Notes: generated by a model from the sequence alone, not told the origin. DNA of 64,000 bases from an uncultured Spirochaetota bacterium (GCA_963783575.1 CAWAOD010000018.1:140210-204209); one strand, 5' to 3'; shown: positions 27,698 to 39,657, counted from the first letter of the stretch. Translations and numbers: made by a program.

Positions 27698-30187
27698 ATG
27701 CCTCTTACCGATTATAGAAAAAAAAGGGCTTTTTCCAGGACATCCGAGCCTAGGGGCAGCATTAAAAGGACTTCCGAAAACAATCGCTTTGTCATACACA
27801 AACATGCTGCGCGGAGACTTCATTATGATCTCAGGCTGGAAATCGACGGCGTTCTGAAAAGCTGGGCCGTTCCTAAAGGCCCAAGCCTTACAGCTCTTGA
27901 AAAAAGGCTTGCGGTAAATGTGGAAGATCATCCCATGGAATATCTTGATTTTGAAGGCCATATTCCCGGCGGGGAATATGGGGCAGGTGATGTAATCATT
28001 TGGGACATGGGAAAATGGCAATCAATGGAGGAAAATCCCGCGAAGGCTTATGAAAGCGGTAAGATCAAATTTATCCTTCGGGGGGAAAAGCTCAAGGGAT
28101 TATGGATGCTGGTAAAGATGAAGGGGGATGGGAAGCAATGGCTTCTGTTTAAGGACGCGGATGAATTCAGTTCCGATGAGGATATACTTGAAAAAGAACC
28201 GGGAAGTGTTATCTCACAGCCAAGGATTCCAGGCAAAAAAAGACATGGAAAACGCTCCGGTTCCAAAGAAGGAACACCAGATCTTGCAGTTATTCCCAAT
28301 GCTTTTAAAGCTCCCCTGCCAAAAAGTATTAAACCGCAGCTGGCGTTGCATCTTGAAAAGCCGCCAATTGGTGAATCATGGCTTTACGAGATCAAATATG
28401 ACGGCTATCGCCTCCTTTGCATAATCGATCATGGAAAAGTAAAACTAATCACCAGGAATGGATACGACTGGACCGATAAATTTATTAAGCTGGCTGAAAT
28501 CATCCGGAAAATCCCCATAGAAAGCGGAATACTGGACGGGGAACTCACTGTCACCGATGAAAGGGGAATCAGCAATTTCCAGCTTCTGCAAAATGCGATA
28601 AGTGACGGAAAAACTGACAATCTTCAGTATTTTGCCGTTGATATCCCCTATTATAACGGCTACAGCCTGAAACAAACCCCACTGATTGAAAGAAAAAAAC
28701 TGCTCAAACGGATTCTGGGCGATTTTGACAATGGCGCCATCATATACAGCGAACACCTGGCAGGGCATGCCGGGGAAGTCCTGAAAAGCGCCTGCCGGCT
28801 TGGCCTGGAAGGCATAATGGCAAAGGATGCGTCCAGCGGTTATGAGGAAAAGCGGACAAAAAGCTGGATTAAAGTAAAATGTGTCAAACAGCAGGAATTT
28901 GTTATCGGCGGATATACGGAACCGGCAGGAAGCCGGGAGAAATTCGGGGCCCTTCTCCTGGGGTATTATAAGGATAGTAAATTCATATACTGCGGAAAAG
29001 TAGGGACCGGCTTTGACGATAAAACATTAAACTCTATCTATCAAAAACTCAAGCCCCTTAAAATCTCAAAGTCACCGTTCGTTAATTTAAAAACCACTGA
29101 AGGCGCCTTTTGGGTTAAACCCGACCTGGTAGCCGAGGTTGCTTTTATGAACTGGACTGAGGATTCGCTGCTCAGGCAGGCCTCGTTCAGGGGATTAAGG
29201 GAGGATAAAAACCCAGGGGAAATCGTTCTGGAACAGGCGGAACCGGCCGGAAATATTCAACACATTCCAAAAAGAGCATATTCCCCAGTAATTGCAGGCA
29301 TTACAGTCACCCATCCCGAAAAAGTTCTGTTTAAAGACCAGGGCATTACAAAATTCGATCTGGCTGCTTATTATGAGAAAATCGCGGACTGGATGCTTCC
29401 ACATATCGCCGGCCGTCCGCTGGTACTAGTCCGCTGTCCTGGGAATATTAACAAATGTTTTTTTCAAAAACATCCAGTGGAATCACTGCCGGATTCAATT
29501 AAAGAATTTGAGCTTCAAAAGAAAAATTCAGTCAAATCATATATTTATATTGATAATATCAAATCCCTTATGGCATTGGTACAGTATGACGTAATCGAAT
29601 TTCATATAATGGACAGTGCGGTTCTGCATCCGGATAAACCGGACCGTATGGTTTTCGACCTGGACCCCGGCCCTGAAGTTGAACCTGAGGCTGTCACCGC
29701 GGCGGCATTAAATCTAAAGGAACTACTCCTCGGTTACAAACTTGAGAGCTTTGTGAAAACCACGGGAGGAAAAGGTCTCCATCTGGTTATCCCGATCGAA
29801 TATTCATTGGGCATTGATGAAGTAAAAGAAATTTCCCATTTCATTGCGGATAAATTGGTGGAAAGATGGCCTACCTTATTGACATCCGTCATGTCCAAAG
29901 AAAAACGGAAAGGCAAGATATTTATCGATTATTTTAGAAATACCGCGGGCGCTTCCTGGGCGGCGCCCTATACGGTCAGGGCAAGGCCCAATGCGCCAGT
30001 TTCCATGCCTGTAAATTGGGATGAACTGACCGAAGATTTAAAATTCGATCAATTTACACTGCTCAACCTGGATGAACGTTTAAAAATTTTAAAAAAAGAC
30101 CCCTGGCAGGATATTTTTACGATACACCAGAAAATACCTAAGTCTCTAATAAAAAGCCTGAAAAATAACCCTACTGGAAACGAATAA
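27698..30187 (+). CDS. ligD: NHEJ DNA ligase D (phosphoesterase-ligase-polymerase)
   Basis: PE domain (LHYDLRLE, SWAVPKGPS, VEDHP), ligase (EIKYDGYR, EGIMAK, WIKVK), primase-polymerase (VFDLDP, KTTGGKGLH). aaggag RBS before ATG at 27698. Confidence 0.96.
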   Translation: MPLTDYRKKRAFSRTSEPRGSIKRTSENNRFVIHKHAARRLHYDLRLEIDGVLKSWAVPKGPSLTALEKRLAVNVEDHPMEYLDFEGHIPGGEYGAGDVIIWDMGKWQSMEENPAKAYESGKIKFILRGEKLKGLWMLVKMKGDGKQWLLFKDADEFSSDEDILEKEPGSVISQPRIPGKKRHGKRSGSKEGTPDLAVIPNAFKAPLPKSIKPQLALHLEKPPIGESWLYEIKYDGYRLLCIIDHGKVKLITRNGYDWTDKFIKLAEIIRKIPIESGILDGELTVTDERGISNFQLLQNAISDGKTDNLQYFAVDIPYYNGYSLKQTPLIERKKLLKRILGDFDNGAIIYSEHLAGHAGEVLKSACRLGLEGIMAKDASSGYEEKRTKSWIKVKCVKQQEFVIGGYTEPAGSREKFGALLLGYYKDSKFIYCGKVGTGFDDKTLNSIYQKLKPLKISKSPFVNLKTTEGAFWVKPDLVAEVAFMNWTEDSLLRQASFRGLREDKNPGEIVLEQAEPAGNIQHIPKRAYSPVIAGITVTHPEKVLFKDQGITKFDLAAYYEKIADWMLPHIAGRPLVLVRCPGNINKCFFQKHPVESLPDSIKEFELQKKNSVKSYIYIDNIKSLMALVQYDVIEFHIMDSAVLHPDKPDRMVFDLDPGPEVEPEAVTAAALNLKELLLGYKLESFVKTTGGKGLHLVIPIEYSLGIDEVKEISHFIADKLVERWPTLLTSVMSKEKRKGKIFIDYFRNTAGASWAAPYTVRARPNAPVSMPVNWDELTEDLKFDQFTLLNLDERLKILKKDPWQDIFTIHQKIPKSLIKSLKNNPTGNE

Positions 30188-30237
30188 AAAAATGATAATA
30201 AAATTATTAGTTGCCTACAGTAATTGATATTTTTAAA

Positions 30238-31533
30238 TTATTTATCTTTATTCATAAAATCTTCAATCTTATTCAATGCCCTGACGCTGCAGAATTCTCC
30301 GCACATAGTACAGAAATCCTTGCCGTTCGCGCCGCTTTCCTTTCTTCTTTGCCCAGCCATTTCGGGATTTATTGAGAGTTTTATCATTGTATCCCAATCA
30401 AGTTTTTTCCGTGCTTTCGACATTTCATTATCGATTTTCCGGTATTTTTGTCCGTATTTCACCATATCAGCGGCATGGGCCGCAATCTTTGAAGCGATAA
30501 CGCCTTCGCGAACATCATCGATAGTCGGCAGGCACAAATGCTCGGCGGGTGTTACATAACAGAGGAAATCGGCCCCCACCGAAGCGGCTAAAGCTCCTCC
30601 TATCGCGCCTGAGATATGATCATAACCGGCGGCTATATCCGTTACAAGCGGTCCCAGAATGTAAAAAGGCGCGTCATCGCAAAGGGTTTTTTCAAGTTTA
30701 ATGTTTGTTTCTATCTGATCAAGGGGAACATGCCCGGGGCCTTCTATCATCACCTGTACATTGGCTTCCCTTGCCCTTTTAGCCAGGTTACCAAGCGTAA
30801 TAAGCTCGTCAATCTGCGCCCTGTCTGACGCGTCGGCGGTCGCCCCGGGGCGCATACCGTCTCCAAGGCTTATTGTCATATCATACCTGTACGCAATTTC
30901 AAGAATTCTATCGAATTCAGTAAACAACGGGTTTTCAGCCCTGTTATACTCCATCCAGAGGCAGAGCATCGAACCCCCGCGGCTAACAACATCCAATATG
31001 CGTGTTTTCTGCCTGATCAATTCCCAGGCTTTCCTGGTAACACCTGCATGGATTGTTACAAAATCAACTCCCTCCTTCCCCTGCTGTTCCAGTACTGACA
31101 AATAATCCTTAATTTCCATTTCCTGAATATTCATCTTTTTTTTGGACAGCTCAAAACCGGCTTGATAAATTGGCACGGTACCAACCGGAACTGTTGATTT
31201 TTCAATTATCTTTTTTCTAACAACATTAAGAACTGATCCAAGGCTTAAATCCATAACCGTATCGGCGCCATACTTTACTGAAGCGTCAAGTTTATCGAGT
31301 TCTTCATTTACATCCATTTTTTCAGGTGAAGTTCCGATATTTGAATTGATTTTAGTTGAAAGACCATTACCAACCCCAACAGGTTTAATATTATGGATTT
31401 TATTTTTGAGAACAACAATCTTTCCAAGAGAAATGCCCTGCATTAAAACATCCTGAGGCACATCCTCCCTTTCCGCAATATAAGCCATCTCCGGGGTAAT
31501 AATCCCTTTTTTTGCCGATTCTATTTGTGTCAT
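30238..31533 (-). CDS. thiC: Phosphomethylpyrimidine synthase
   Basis: NSNIGTS, GADTVMDLS, EGPGHVP, LCYVTPAEHL and CTMCGEFC motifs. Confidence 0.97.
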   Translation of the reverse strand: MTQIESAKKGIITPEMAYIAEREDVPQDVLMQGISLGKIVVLKNKIHNIKPVGVGNGLSTKINSNIGTSPEKMDVNEELDKLDASVKYGADTVMDLSLGSVLNVVRKKIIEKSTVPVGTVPIYQAGFELSKKKMNIQEMEIKDYLSVLEQQGKEGVDFVTIHAGVTRKAWELIRQKTRILDVVSRGGSMLCLWMEYNRAENPLFTEFDRILEIAYRYDMTISLGDGMRPGATADASDRAQIDELITLGNLAKRAREANVQVMIEGPGHVPLDQIETNIKLEKTLCDDAPFYILGPLVTDIAAGYDHISGAIGGALAASVGADFLCYVTPAEHLCLPTIDDVREGVIASKIAAHAADMVKYGQKYRKIDNEMSKARKKLDWDTMIKLSINPEMAGQRRKESGANGKDFCTMCGEFCSVRALNKIEDFMNKDK

Positions 31534-32342
31534 TAATTTACTCCTGATAAAATATGATGCGGAAGAGGGCCGTTTCCCCTTCCAATCTCAAGTTCACGTG
31601 AAGCCGAAATCAATTTTGCCGTAAAATCAACTGCAAGCCTTACAGCATTAATAATGTCATAATTTTTTGCCAGATAAGCCGTGATGGCGGATGAAAACGT
31701 ACAACCGGTACCATGAGTGTTTTTCGATTGAATTCTTTTATGCAAAAAACTTAATTTTTCAATATTTTTATTATTATTATATACTAATGTATCAACAATT
31801 TCTTCTTTATCTTCGTCAATATGGCCGCCTTTTACAACAACAGCTTTAAGTTTTTTGTATTTCTTTAACAGAATCTCCCCGGCTTTTATTGGATCATCAA
31901 CTGAATTCCCGGTTAACATCATTAATTCATAATAATTCGGTGTTATTACAGAAGATTTTTTTATTATAAATTCTTCAACAATTTCAATTGATGATGCATC
32001 CATTAAAGGATACCCGCTTTTAGAAAACATGACCGGATCAAAAACAACAAAATAATCATCAATCAATTCACTGACAGCTTCTGCAATATCTGCATTTCCA
32101 AGCATACCGATTTTTATGAAGGAAATATCAATATCCTTCAGAACAGCCTCTATTTCGCGTTTAACAAATTCACCATTTAAAAACAATACATCTTTTACCG
32201 TCTGCGTATTTTGTATTGAGAGGCACGTAACAGCGGCGCAACCATAAACTCCGAGGGCTGTAAATGTTTTAATGTCTGCCTGAATACCGGCACCGCCCGA
32301 TGGGTCTGAACCGGCTATCGAAAGAACATTTTTATATTCCAT
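31533..32342 (-). CDS. thiD: Hydroxymethylpyrimidine/phosphomethylpyrimidine kinase
   Basis: IAGSDPSGGAGIQADIKT and NTHGTGCTFSSA motifs. Confidence 0.96.
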   Translation of the reverse strand: MEYKNVLSIAGSDPSGGAGIQADIKTFTALGVYGCAAVTCLSIQNTQTVKDVLFLNGEFVKREIEAVLKDIDISFIKIGMLGNADIAEAVSELIDDYFVVFDPVMFSKSGYPLMDASSIEIVEEFIIKKSSVITPNYYELMMLTGNSVDDPIKAGEILLKKYKKLKAVVVKGGHIDEDKEEIVDTLVYNNNKNIEKLSFLHKRIQSKNTHGTGCTFSSAITAYLAKNYDIINAVRLAVDFTAKLISASRELEIGRGNGPLPHHILSGVN

Positions 32343-32353
32343 TATATAATATC

Positions 32354-33337
32354 CTATTTTGTAAAAATGATTTCCGAATCAGGCCCAATATTGAATTCTC
32401 TTGGTGCTTCTGATAAATATGAATTGTCACCGATCAATGAATTTTCCAGCATTGTATTTTCCACAGTAGTTTCAAAACCAAGGATAGAATTCCTTATAAT
32501 GGCATTCTTAACTGAACTGCCTTCGGTTACAGAAACATTCGGACCGATTATTGAATTTTCAATTCTAGTATTATTGCCTATAAAAACAGGGGGAATTATT
32601 ATACTACCGGGAATCCTGTCATTGGTTGCGTAACGTTCAAGCATCACGCGGTTTGTATCAAGAAGTGAATATTTCTCTCCGCAATCATACCATTCCGGCA
32701 CATTAAATACCTTAAATTTATCTCCCTTATACATCATTCTTTTCATAGCATCGGTAAGCTGATACTCATTCATTGTTTTTATTTTTTCAGTCATAATGAA
32801 TTTAATCGCATCAAACAGTTTATAAGCGCTTTTGAAATAGTATATCCCGGAAATCGCCAGATTGGTAGGAGGTACTTCGGGTTTTTCTATCATATTTGTA
32901 ACCATGTTGTTTTTATCAATCATAACTATACCAAACTTCTTGGGGTTATCAACTTTCATTATTCCAATGCAGTTTTCCTGTGATTCCGTAACAGCAGAAA
33001 TATCCGCTGAAAAAATAATATCACCTAACAATATTAATGCTGATTCATCCTCCTTAAAATGTTCCTTCGCATGTTCAACTGCATGCCCCGGACCATGATA
33101 TTCCACCTGTCTAACAAATTTCATTGGAAAATGATAGGTCTCCAGAAGATAATCACGGATCTGGTCTCCAAGATGGCCGATAATAAATATTATTTCAGAG
33201 AATTCGATACCCTGGATTTGTTCTATTATATAACTGATAATGGGCTTACCTGCAACCCTTATCAATGATTTGGGCGTAGCATGCGTATGCGGCCTTAAGC
33301 GTGTTCCCCTTCCTGCGATGGGCATAATAATCTTCAT
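32354..33337 (-). CDS. Sugar-phosphate nucleotidyltransferase with C-terminal left-handed beta-helix
   Basis: AGRGTRLRPHT..PKSL, EKP and EYQLTDA motifs, hexapeptide repeats. Confidence 0.9.
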   Translation of the reverse strand: MKIIMPIAGRGTRLRPHTHATPKSLIRVAGKPIISYIIEQIQGIEFSEIIFIIGHLGDQIRDYLLETYHFPMKFVRQVEYHGPGHAVEHAKEHFKEDESALILLGDIIFSADISAVTESQENCIGIMKVDNPKKFGIVMIDKNNMVTNMIEKPEVPPTNLAISGIYYFKSAYKLFDAIKFIMTEKIKTMNEYQLTDAMKRMMYKGDKFKVFNVPEWYDCGEKYSLLDTNRVMLERYATNDRIPGSIIIPPVFIGNNTRIENSIIGPNVSVTEGSSVKNAIIRNSILGFETTVENTMLENSLIGDNSYLSEAPREFNIGPDSEIIFTK

Positions 33338-33511
33338 GCAAAGCCTCCAGTATATTTCTCATGATTATATTATAATTAATAAAAAATAAGAAGTAAATAA
33401 ATAAACCTTTCTTGTAAATATGCATATATTAACAAATCTTGATAAAAGTCAAATTATTTGGTATAATCTTATGTTTAACAAGTGTATCGTGGTCCCTGAG
33501 CCCTTCGACAG

Positions 33512-35202
33512 CAGACTGTGTGAAAACACAGTAAATATGCTATAATTATTAGAACAAAAATAATCGGAGTAAAAGATGAAGCATATTGAGGGAGAATCAA
33601 GGGATCAGATAGTTCTGTTCAATGAAACACTGGAAGATCTGTTAGGAGAAGAAGATCCGGTAAGGTTTATAGATATTTTTGTTGATAAGCTAAATATGAA
33701 AGGAGTTGGTTTTAAAGTAAAAGAAGCATCAACCGGCAGAAGTTCATATAAATCCGAAATACTTTTAAAAATCTATATTTACGGATATTTGAATAAAATC
33801 AGGACAAGCAGGAAATTAGAGAGAGAGTGCCGAAGAAACACAGAGTTGATGTGGCTGACTGGACGACTAGCGCCGGATTTCAAGACGATTGCCGACTTCA
33901 GGAAAGATAATAAGAAGGGAATACAGTCGATATTCAGAGAATTTTTGAAGATATGTCATAAAGCCGGGCTTTTATCATTTGACGTGGTTGGAATAGATGG
34001 AACCAAGATCAGTGCGCAAAACCACAATAACAATGTTTATCATAGGAAAAACATAGAAGAAATCATACATAGAATAGATCAAAAGATCGAAGAATATTTG
34101 AATGAGATGGATAAGAACGATAAGGAAGAAAAGAATGAATTTGAATTTCTTTCCGGAAAGATAGCGGAACGTTTAAAGAAAATGAAAACAAAAAAGGATA
34201 AAGTTGAGGCTATTAAAAAGATTTTTGAGGGAAATCCTGAAATGGAGAAATATTATTCAAATGACCCGGAAAGCCGGTTTATGAATGATAAAGGGAAATC
34301 CGACATTGCATATAATCTGCAGATGGCAGTAGATGATGCGAATAAACTGATTGTGGCGATTGATGTGACGAATGAAAACAATGATATCAAACAGATGGCA
34401 GGAATGTGTGACCGAGTAGAAGAAATAAAGGACGAGCTTAAGGTAGAGACTGAAACGGTCAAAGTATCGGATGCCGGTTATTACAGCGAACCGCAGATAC
34501 TGGAATGTATAGATAAGGGACATAACGTATATATGCCGAATCCGGATGACGGACATAAGGCAAGGATTCGAGGCAAAGAAGATAATAAAGGAGTACCTGC
34601 TGAAGAATACCAGGTTGATAAATTCAAATATGATCCGGGACAAAATGTTTATTATTGTCCGGAGGGAAACCCATTAGTGAGAAATGGGAAAAAAGTAGAG
34701 AAGGTCAATGGAGGAAAAGAGATAGTCAGGTACAAGTGCGGCTTATGCAGCCAATGTGAAGTAAGAAATAAGTGTACTGAAAGCGTGGAAGGACGAAGTA
34801 TCAAAGTACCAGTTAGAAAAGAAGAAATTGAGAACTTCAAGAGGAAAATTCGTTCTGAAGCCGGGAAAAAGATCATAGAGAAAAGGAAAGAGATATGTGA
34901 ACATCCATTTGGATCGATAAAAAGGAATATGGGTTACAGTTATTTTTTAATGAAGGGAAAGGATGGCGTTCTGACGGAATCCAGTTTGGCAGGATTCATT
35001 CATAATTTAATAAAAGTATTGAATATATTGGGAATAAAGAGACTTATGACTCTGGTTTGATGCTAATAAACCATCGTTTATCGTATTCGGATAGATTTTT
35101 TAAACTAAGATTTTTTTAGCTTGAAAAATATATCAAAAAATGGAGTTTTTGTATAATTAATCGATTTTACTATAAAATTTTACTGAGTTTTCACACAGTC
35201 TG
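33512..35202 (+). mobile_element. IS1182-family insertion sequence, copy 1 (1691 bp)
   Basis: Terminal IRs cagactgtgtgaaaac / gttttcacacagtctg. Flanks cag | caa. Near-identical to 37967-39657. Confidence 0.93.
33576..35060 (+). CDS. IS1182-family DDE transposase
   Basis: LLKIYIYGY...SRKLEREC...PDFKTIADFR, IDGTK, DAGY and EHPFGSIK motifs. Confidence 0.95.
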   Translation: MKHIEGESRDQIVLFNETLEDLLGEEDPVRFIDIFVDKLNMKGVGFKVKEASTGRSSYKSEILLKIYIYGYLNKIRTSRKLERECRRNTELMWLTGRLAPDFKTIADFRKDNKKGIQSIFREFLKICHKAGLLSFDVVGIDGTKISAQNHNNNVYHRKNIEEIIHRIDQKIEEYLNEMDKNDKEEKNEFEFLSGKIAERLKKMKTKKDKVEAIKKIFEGNPEMEKYYSNDPESRFMNDKGKSDIAYNLQMAVDDANKLIVAIDVTNENNDIKQMAGMCDRVEEIKDELKVETETVKVSDAGYYSEPQILECIDKGHNVYMPNPDDGHKARIRGKEDNKGVPAEEYQVDKFKYDPGQNVYYCPEGNPLVRNGKKVEKVNGGKEIVRYKCGLCSQCEVRNKCTESVEGRSIKVPVRKEEIENFKRKIRSEAGKKIIEKRKEICEHPFGSIKRNMGYSYFLMKGKDGVLTESSLAGFIHNLIKVLNILGIKRLMTLV

Positions 35203-35351
35203 CAAGCTCAGGGCAGGATCTGTCGAACGGGCTTGACCATGATGATGCAGTTTAGTTTGTAGGTTTACCATGATATTTACTGTATTACCTATCAAGTTGG
35301 CTTCCCTGAAGAAAGTTAAAGGGTCAGTTATAAAAACCGGGAGTATGATTA

Positions 35352-36740
35352 ATGAAGTCAATCATAATGGCAGGAGGCAGTGGAACAAGGTTATGGCCAT
35401 TGTCCCGAAAGAATTTTCCCAAACAGTTTTTATCTTTGGTTGACGGAAAAAGCTTTATACAGATATCTGCCGGAAGAATGTCTTTAATGTCAGCCGTTAA
35501 CGACATTTATGTTGTCGCTGGCGAGGAATATCAGTACACAATTATTGAACATCTTTCAAAACAGCTTCAATGCAATTTTAAAAATCTTATCCTGGAGCCT
35601 TCCGGCAGAAATACCGCACCGGCAATAGCATTAACAATAAAATATCTGTTAGAGAAAGAACTTGCCGATCCAAAAGAAGTTATCTTTTTTTCACCGTCCG
35701 ATCATATAATCCACTCCGAAAAGCAATTTATCAAATATGTTAAGGATGCTGAAAATCTTGCTAAAGAAAGTATTGTAACTTTTGGAATCATACCTGATAA
35801 GCCTGAAACAGGTTATGGTTATATTGAATTGGGCAAACAGATTTCTAGTAATGCATTCTATGTTGATAAATTTATTGAGAAACCGGATAAGGAACATGCC
35901 GAAAAATATTTAAAATCCGGTAATTATTTATGGAATTCAGGCATGTTTATGTTTTCAATCGAGGTTATTCTTAAGGCTTTTGAGGAATTCGCACCGGAGT
36001 TTTATAAAATCATAAAAGAATGGGATTATTCATCGATTATAGCAAATTACGATAAGCTGCCTTCAATATCTATCGATTATGCCATTATGGAAAAGGTCAA
36101 TAATATTGTCTGCAAAAAAGTTTCAATAAAATGGAACGATATCGGCTCCTGGGATTCTCTCTATGAAATTTTCCCAAAAGATAATAAAAACAATGTAATT
36201 CTGGGGGATGTAGAAACGCTGAATGTTGAAAACAGCCTTATTATCAGCCAGAATAAGCTTACCGCTTTAATTGGAGTAACCGATATTGCCGTTATTGAGA
36301 CTCCTGATGCAATTTTGATAAGCGACAGAAAGCAAACTCAAAATGTTAAAGAAATTGTTAATATTCTAAAAGATAAAAAAAGAAAAGAGGCTTATGACCA
36401 CCTGACAACTTATCGCCCATGGGGAAAATATACCATTCTTGAAGAATCGGAGCGATATAAAATAAAAAAAATCACTGTTAATCAGGGGTCATCATTAAGC
36501 CTGCAGAGGCATGCTCACAGAAGCGAACACTGGATTGTTGTTAAAGGAACCGCTTTAGTCGTAATTGACGGACGGGAATTATTTATTCATGAAAATGAGA
36601 GCACCTTCATACCAAAATCATCTCTGCATCGTCTCTCGAATCCCGGTAAACTACCGCTTGAAATTATTGAAGTTCAGAATGGGGAATATGTAGGTGAAGA
36701 TGATATAGAACGGATTGACGATAATTACGGGAGAAAATAA
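35352..36740 (+). CDS. manC: Mannose-1-phosphate guanylyltransferase / mannose-6-phosphate isomerase
   Basis: AGGSGTRLWPLSR..PKQF, GRNTAPA, PETGYGYI, WNSGMF, WNDIGSW and cupin RPWG...HRSEHW motifs. Confidence 0.95.
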   Translation: MKSIIMAGGSGTRLWPLSRKNFPKQFLSLVDGKSFIQISAGRMSLMSAVNDIYVVAGEEYQYTIIEHLSKQLQCNFKNLILEPSGRNTAPAIALTIKYLLEKELADPKEVIFFSPSDHIIHSEKQFIKYVKDAENLAKESIVTFGIIPDKPETGYGYIELGKQISSNAFYVDKFIEKPDKEHAEKYLKSGNYLWNSGMFMFSIEVILKAFEEFAPEFYKIIKEWDYSSIIANYDKLPSISIDYAIMEKVNNIVCKKVSIKWNDIGSWDSLYEIFPKDNKNNVILGDVETLNVENSLIISQNKLTALIGVTDIAVIETPDAILISDRKQTQNVKEIVNILKDKKRKEAYDHLTTYRPWGKYTILEESERYKIKKITVNQGSSLSLQRHAHRSEHWIVVKGTALVVIDGRELFIHENESTFIPKSSLHRLSNPGKLPLEIIEVQNGEYVGEDDIERIDDNYGRK

Positions 36741-36830
36741 ACAGATTAAATCAAAATTATTTACTATTTTGCGATTTTTTATTTATTATTATAATATAAG
36801 TGTTTAATAGTTATTAAAAGGAGGCTATAA

Positions 36831-37892
<1,062 letters not shown>

Positions 37893-37899
37893 ATAATTA

Positions 37900-37936
37900 A
37901 TTGCAGAGGCTGATAACCGGCCTCTGCAATGCTTTT
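37900..37936 (+). terminator. Hairpin (probable terminator) after gap
   Basis: attgcagaggc tgataaccg gcctctgcaat followed by gctttt. Confidence 0.65.
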
Positions 37937-37966
37937 ATTGCGGCATGGTAGCCTGCCCTGAGTTGA

Positions 37967-39657
37967 CAGACTGTGTGAAAACACAGTAAATATGCTATAA
38001 TTATTAGAACAAAAATAATCGGAGTAAAAGATGAAGCATATTGAGGGAGAATCAAGGGATCAGATAGTTCTGTTCAATGAAACACTGGAAGATCTGTTAG
38101 GAGAAGAAGATCCGGTAAGGTTTATAGATATTTTTGTTGATAAGCTAAATATGAAAGGAGTTGGTTTTAAAGTAAAAGAAGCATCAACCGGCAGAAGTTC
38201 ATATAAATCCGAAATACTTTTAAAAATCTATATTTACGGATATTTGAATAAAATCAGGACAAGCAGGAAATTAGAGAGAGAGTGCCGAAGAAACACAGAG
38301 TTGATGTGGCTGACTGGACGACTAGCGCCGGATTTCAAGACGATTGCCGACTTCAGGAAAGATAATAAGAAGGGAATACAGTCGATATTCAGAGAATTTT
38401 TGAAGATATGTCATAAAGCCGGGCTTTTATCATTTGACGTGGTTGGAATAGATGGAACCAAGATCAGTGCGCAAAACCACAATAACAATGTTTATCATAG
38501 GAAAAACATAGAAGAAATCATACATAGAATAGATCAAAAGATCGAAGAATATTTGAATGAGATGGATAAGAACGATAAGGAAGAAAAGAATGAATTTGAA
38601 TTTCTTTCCGGAAAGATAGCGGAACGTTTAAAGAAAATGAAAACAAAAAAGGATAAAGTTGAGGCTATTAAAAAGATTTTTGAGGGAAATCCTGAAATGG
38701 AGAAATATTATTCAAATGACCCGGAAAGCCGGTTTATGAATGATAAAGGGAAATCCGACATTGCATATAATCTGCAGATGGCAGTAGATGATGCTAATAA
38801 ACTGATTGTGGCGATTGATGTGACGAATGAAAACAATGATATCAAACAGATGGCAGGAATGTGTGACCGAGTAGAAGAAATAAAGGACGAGCTTAAGGTA
38901 GAGACTGAAACGGTCAAAGTATCGGATGCCGGTTATTACAGCGAACCGCAGATACTGGAATGTATAGATAAGGGACATAACGTATATATGCCGAATCCGG
39001 ATGACGGACATAAGGCAAGGATTCGAGGCAAAGAAGATAATAAAGGAGTACCTGCTGAAGAATACCAGGTTGATAAATTCAAATATGATCCGGGACAAAA
39101 TGTTTATTATTGTCCGGAGGGAAACCCATTAGTGAGAAATGGGAAAAAAGTAGAGAAGGTCAATGGAGGAAAAGAGATAGTCAGGTACAAGTGCGGCTTA
39201 TGCAGCCAATGTGAAGTAAGAAATAAGTGTACTGAAAGCGTGGAAGGACGAAGTATCAAAGTACCAGTTAGAAAAGAAGAAATTGAGAACTTCAAGAGGA
39301 AAATTCGTTCTGAAGCCGGGAAAAAGATCATAGAGAAAAGGAAAGAGATATGTGAACATCCATTTGGATCGATAAAAAGGAATATGGGTTACAGTTATTT
39401 TTTAATGAAGGGAAAGGATGGCGTTCTGACGGAATCCAGTTTGGCAGGATTCATTCATAATTTAATAAAAGTATTGAATATATTGGGAATAAAGAGACTT
39501 ATGACTCTGGTTTGATGCTAATAAACCATCGTTTATCGTATTCGGATAGATTTTTTAAACTAAGATTTTTTTAGCTTGAAAAATATATCAAAAAATGGAG
39601 TCTTTGTATAATTAATCGATTTTACTATAAAATTTTACTGAGTTTTCACACAGTCTG
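37967..39657 (+). mobile_element. IS1182-family insertion sequence, copy 2 (1691 bp)
   Basis: Same terminal IRs as copy 1. 3-bp direct repeat tga at 37964-37966 and 39658-39660. Confidence 0.93.
38031..39515 (+). CDS. IS1182-family DDE transposase (protein identical to copy 1)
   Basis: Identical 494-aa translation in the ORF track. Confidence 0.95.
   Translation: MKHIEGESRDQIVLFNETLEDLLGEEDPVRFIDIFVDKLNMKGVGFKVKEASTGRSSYKSEILLKIYIYGYLNKIRTSRKLERECRRNTELMWLTGRLAPDFKTIADFRKDNKKGIQSIFREFLKICHKAGLLSFDVVGIDGTKISAQNHNNNVYHRKNIEEIIHRIDQKIEEYLNEMDKNDKEEKNEFEFLSGKIAERLKKMKTKKDKVEAIKKIFEGNPEMEKYYSNDPESRFMNDKGKSDIAYNLQMAVDDANKLIVAIDVTNENNDIKQMAGMCDRVEEIKDELKVETETVKVSDAGYYSEPQILECIDKGHNVYMPNPDDGHKARIRGKEDNKGVPAEEYQVDKFKYDPGQNVYYCPEGNPLVRNGKKVEKVNGGKEIVRYKCGLCSQCEVRNKCTESVEGRSIKVPVRKEEIENFKRKIRSEAGKKIIEKRKEICEHPFGSIKRNMGYSYFLMKGKDGVLTESSLAGFIHNLIKVLNILGIKRLMTLV

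Larger units (their letters stand above)
33487..35242. repeat. Nested REP-like palindrome interrupted by IS copy 1 (halves 33487-33511 and 35203-35242)
   Basis: Rejoined sequence: tcgtggtccctgagcccttcgaca(g/a)gctcagggcaggatctgtcgaacgggcttgaccatga. Confidence 0.75.

Noticed and set aside
32343..33480. TPP riboswitch for thiD-thiC
   Set aside because: No TPP aptamer core was seen upstream of thiD or of the preceding nucleotidyltransferase gene on the minus strand.
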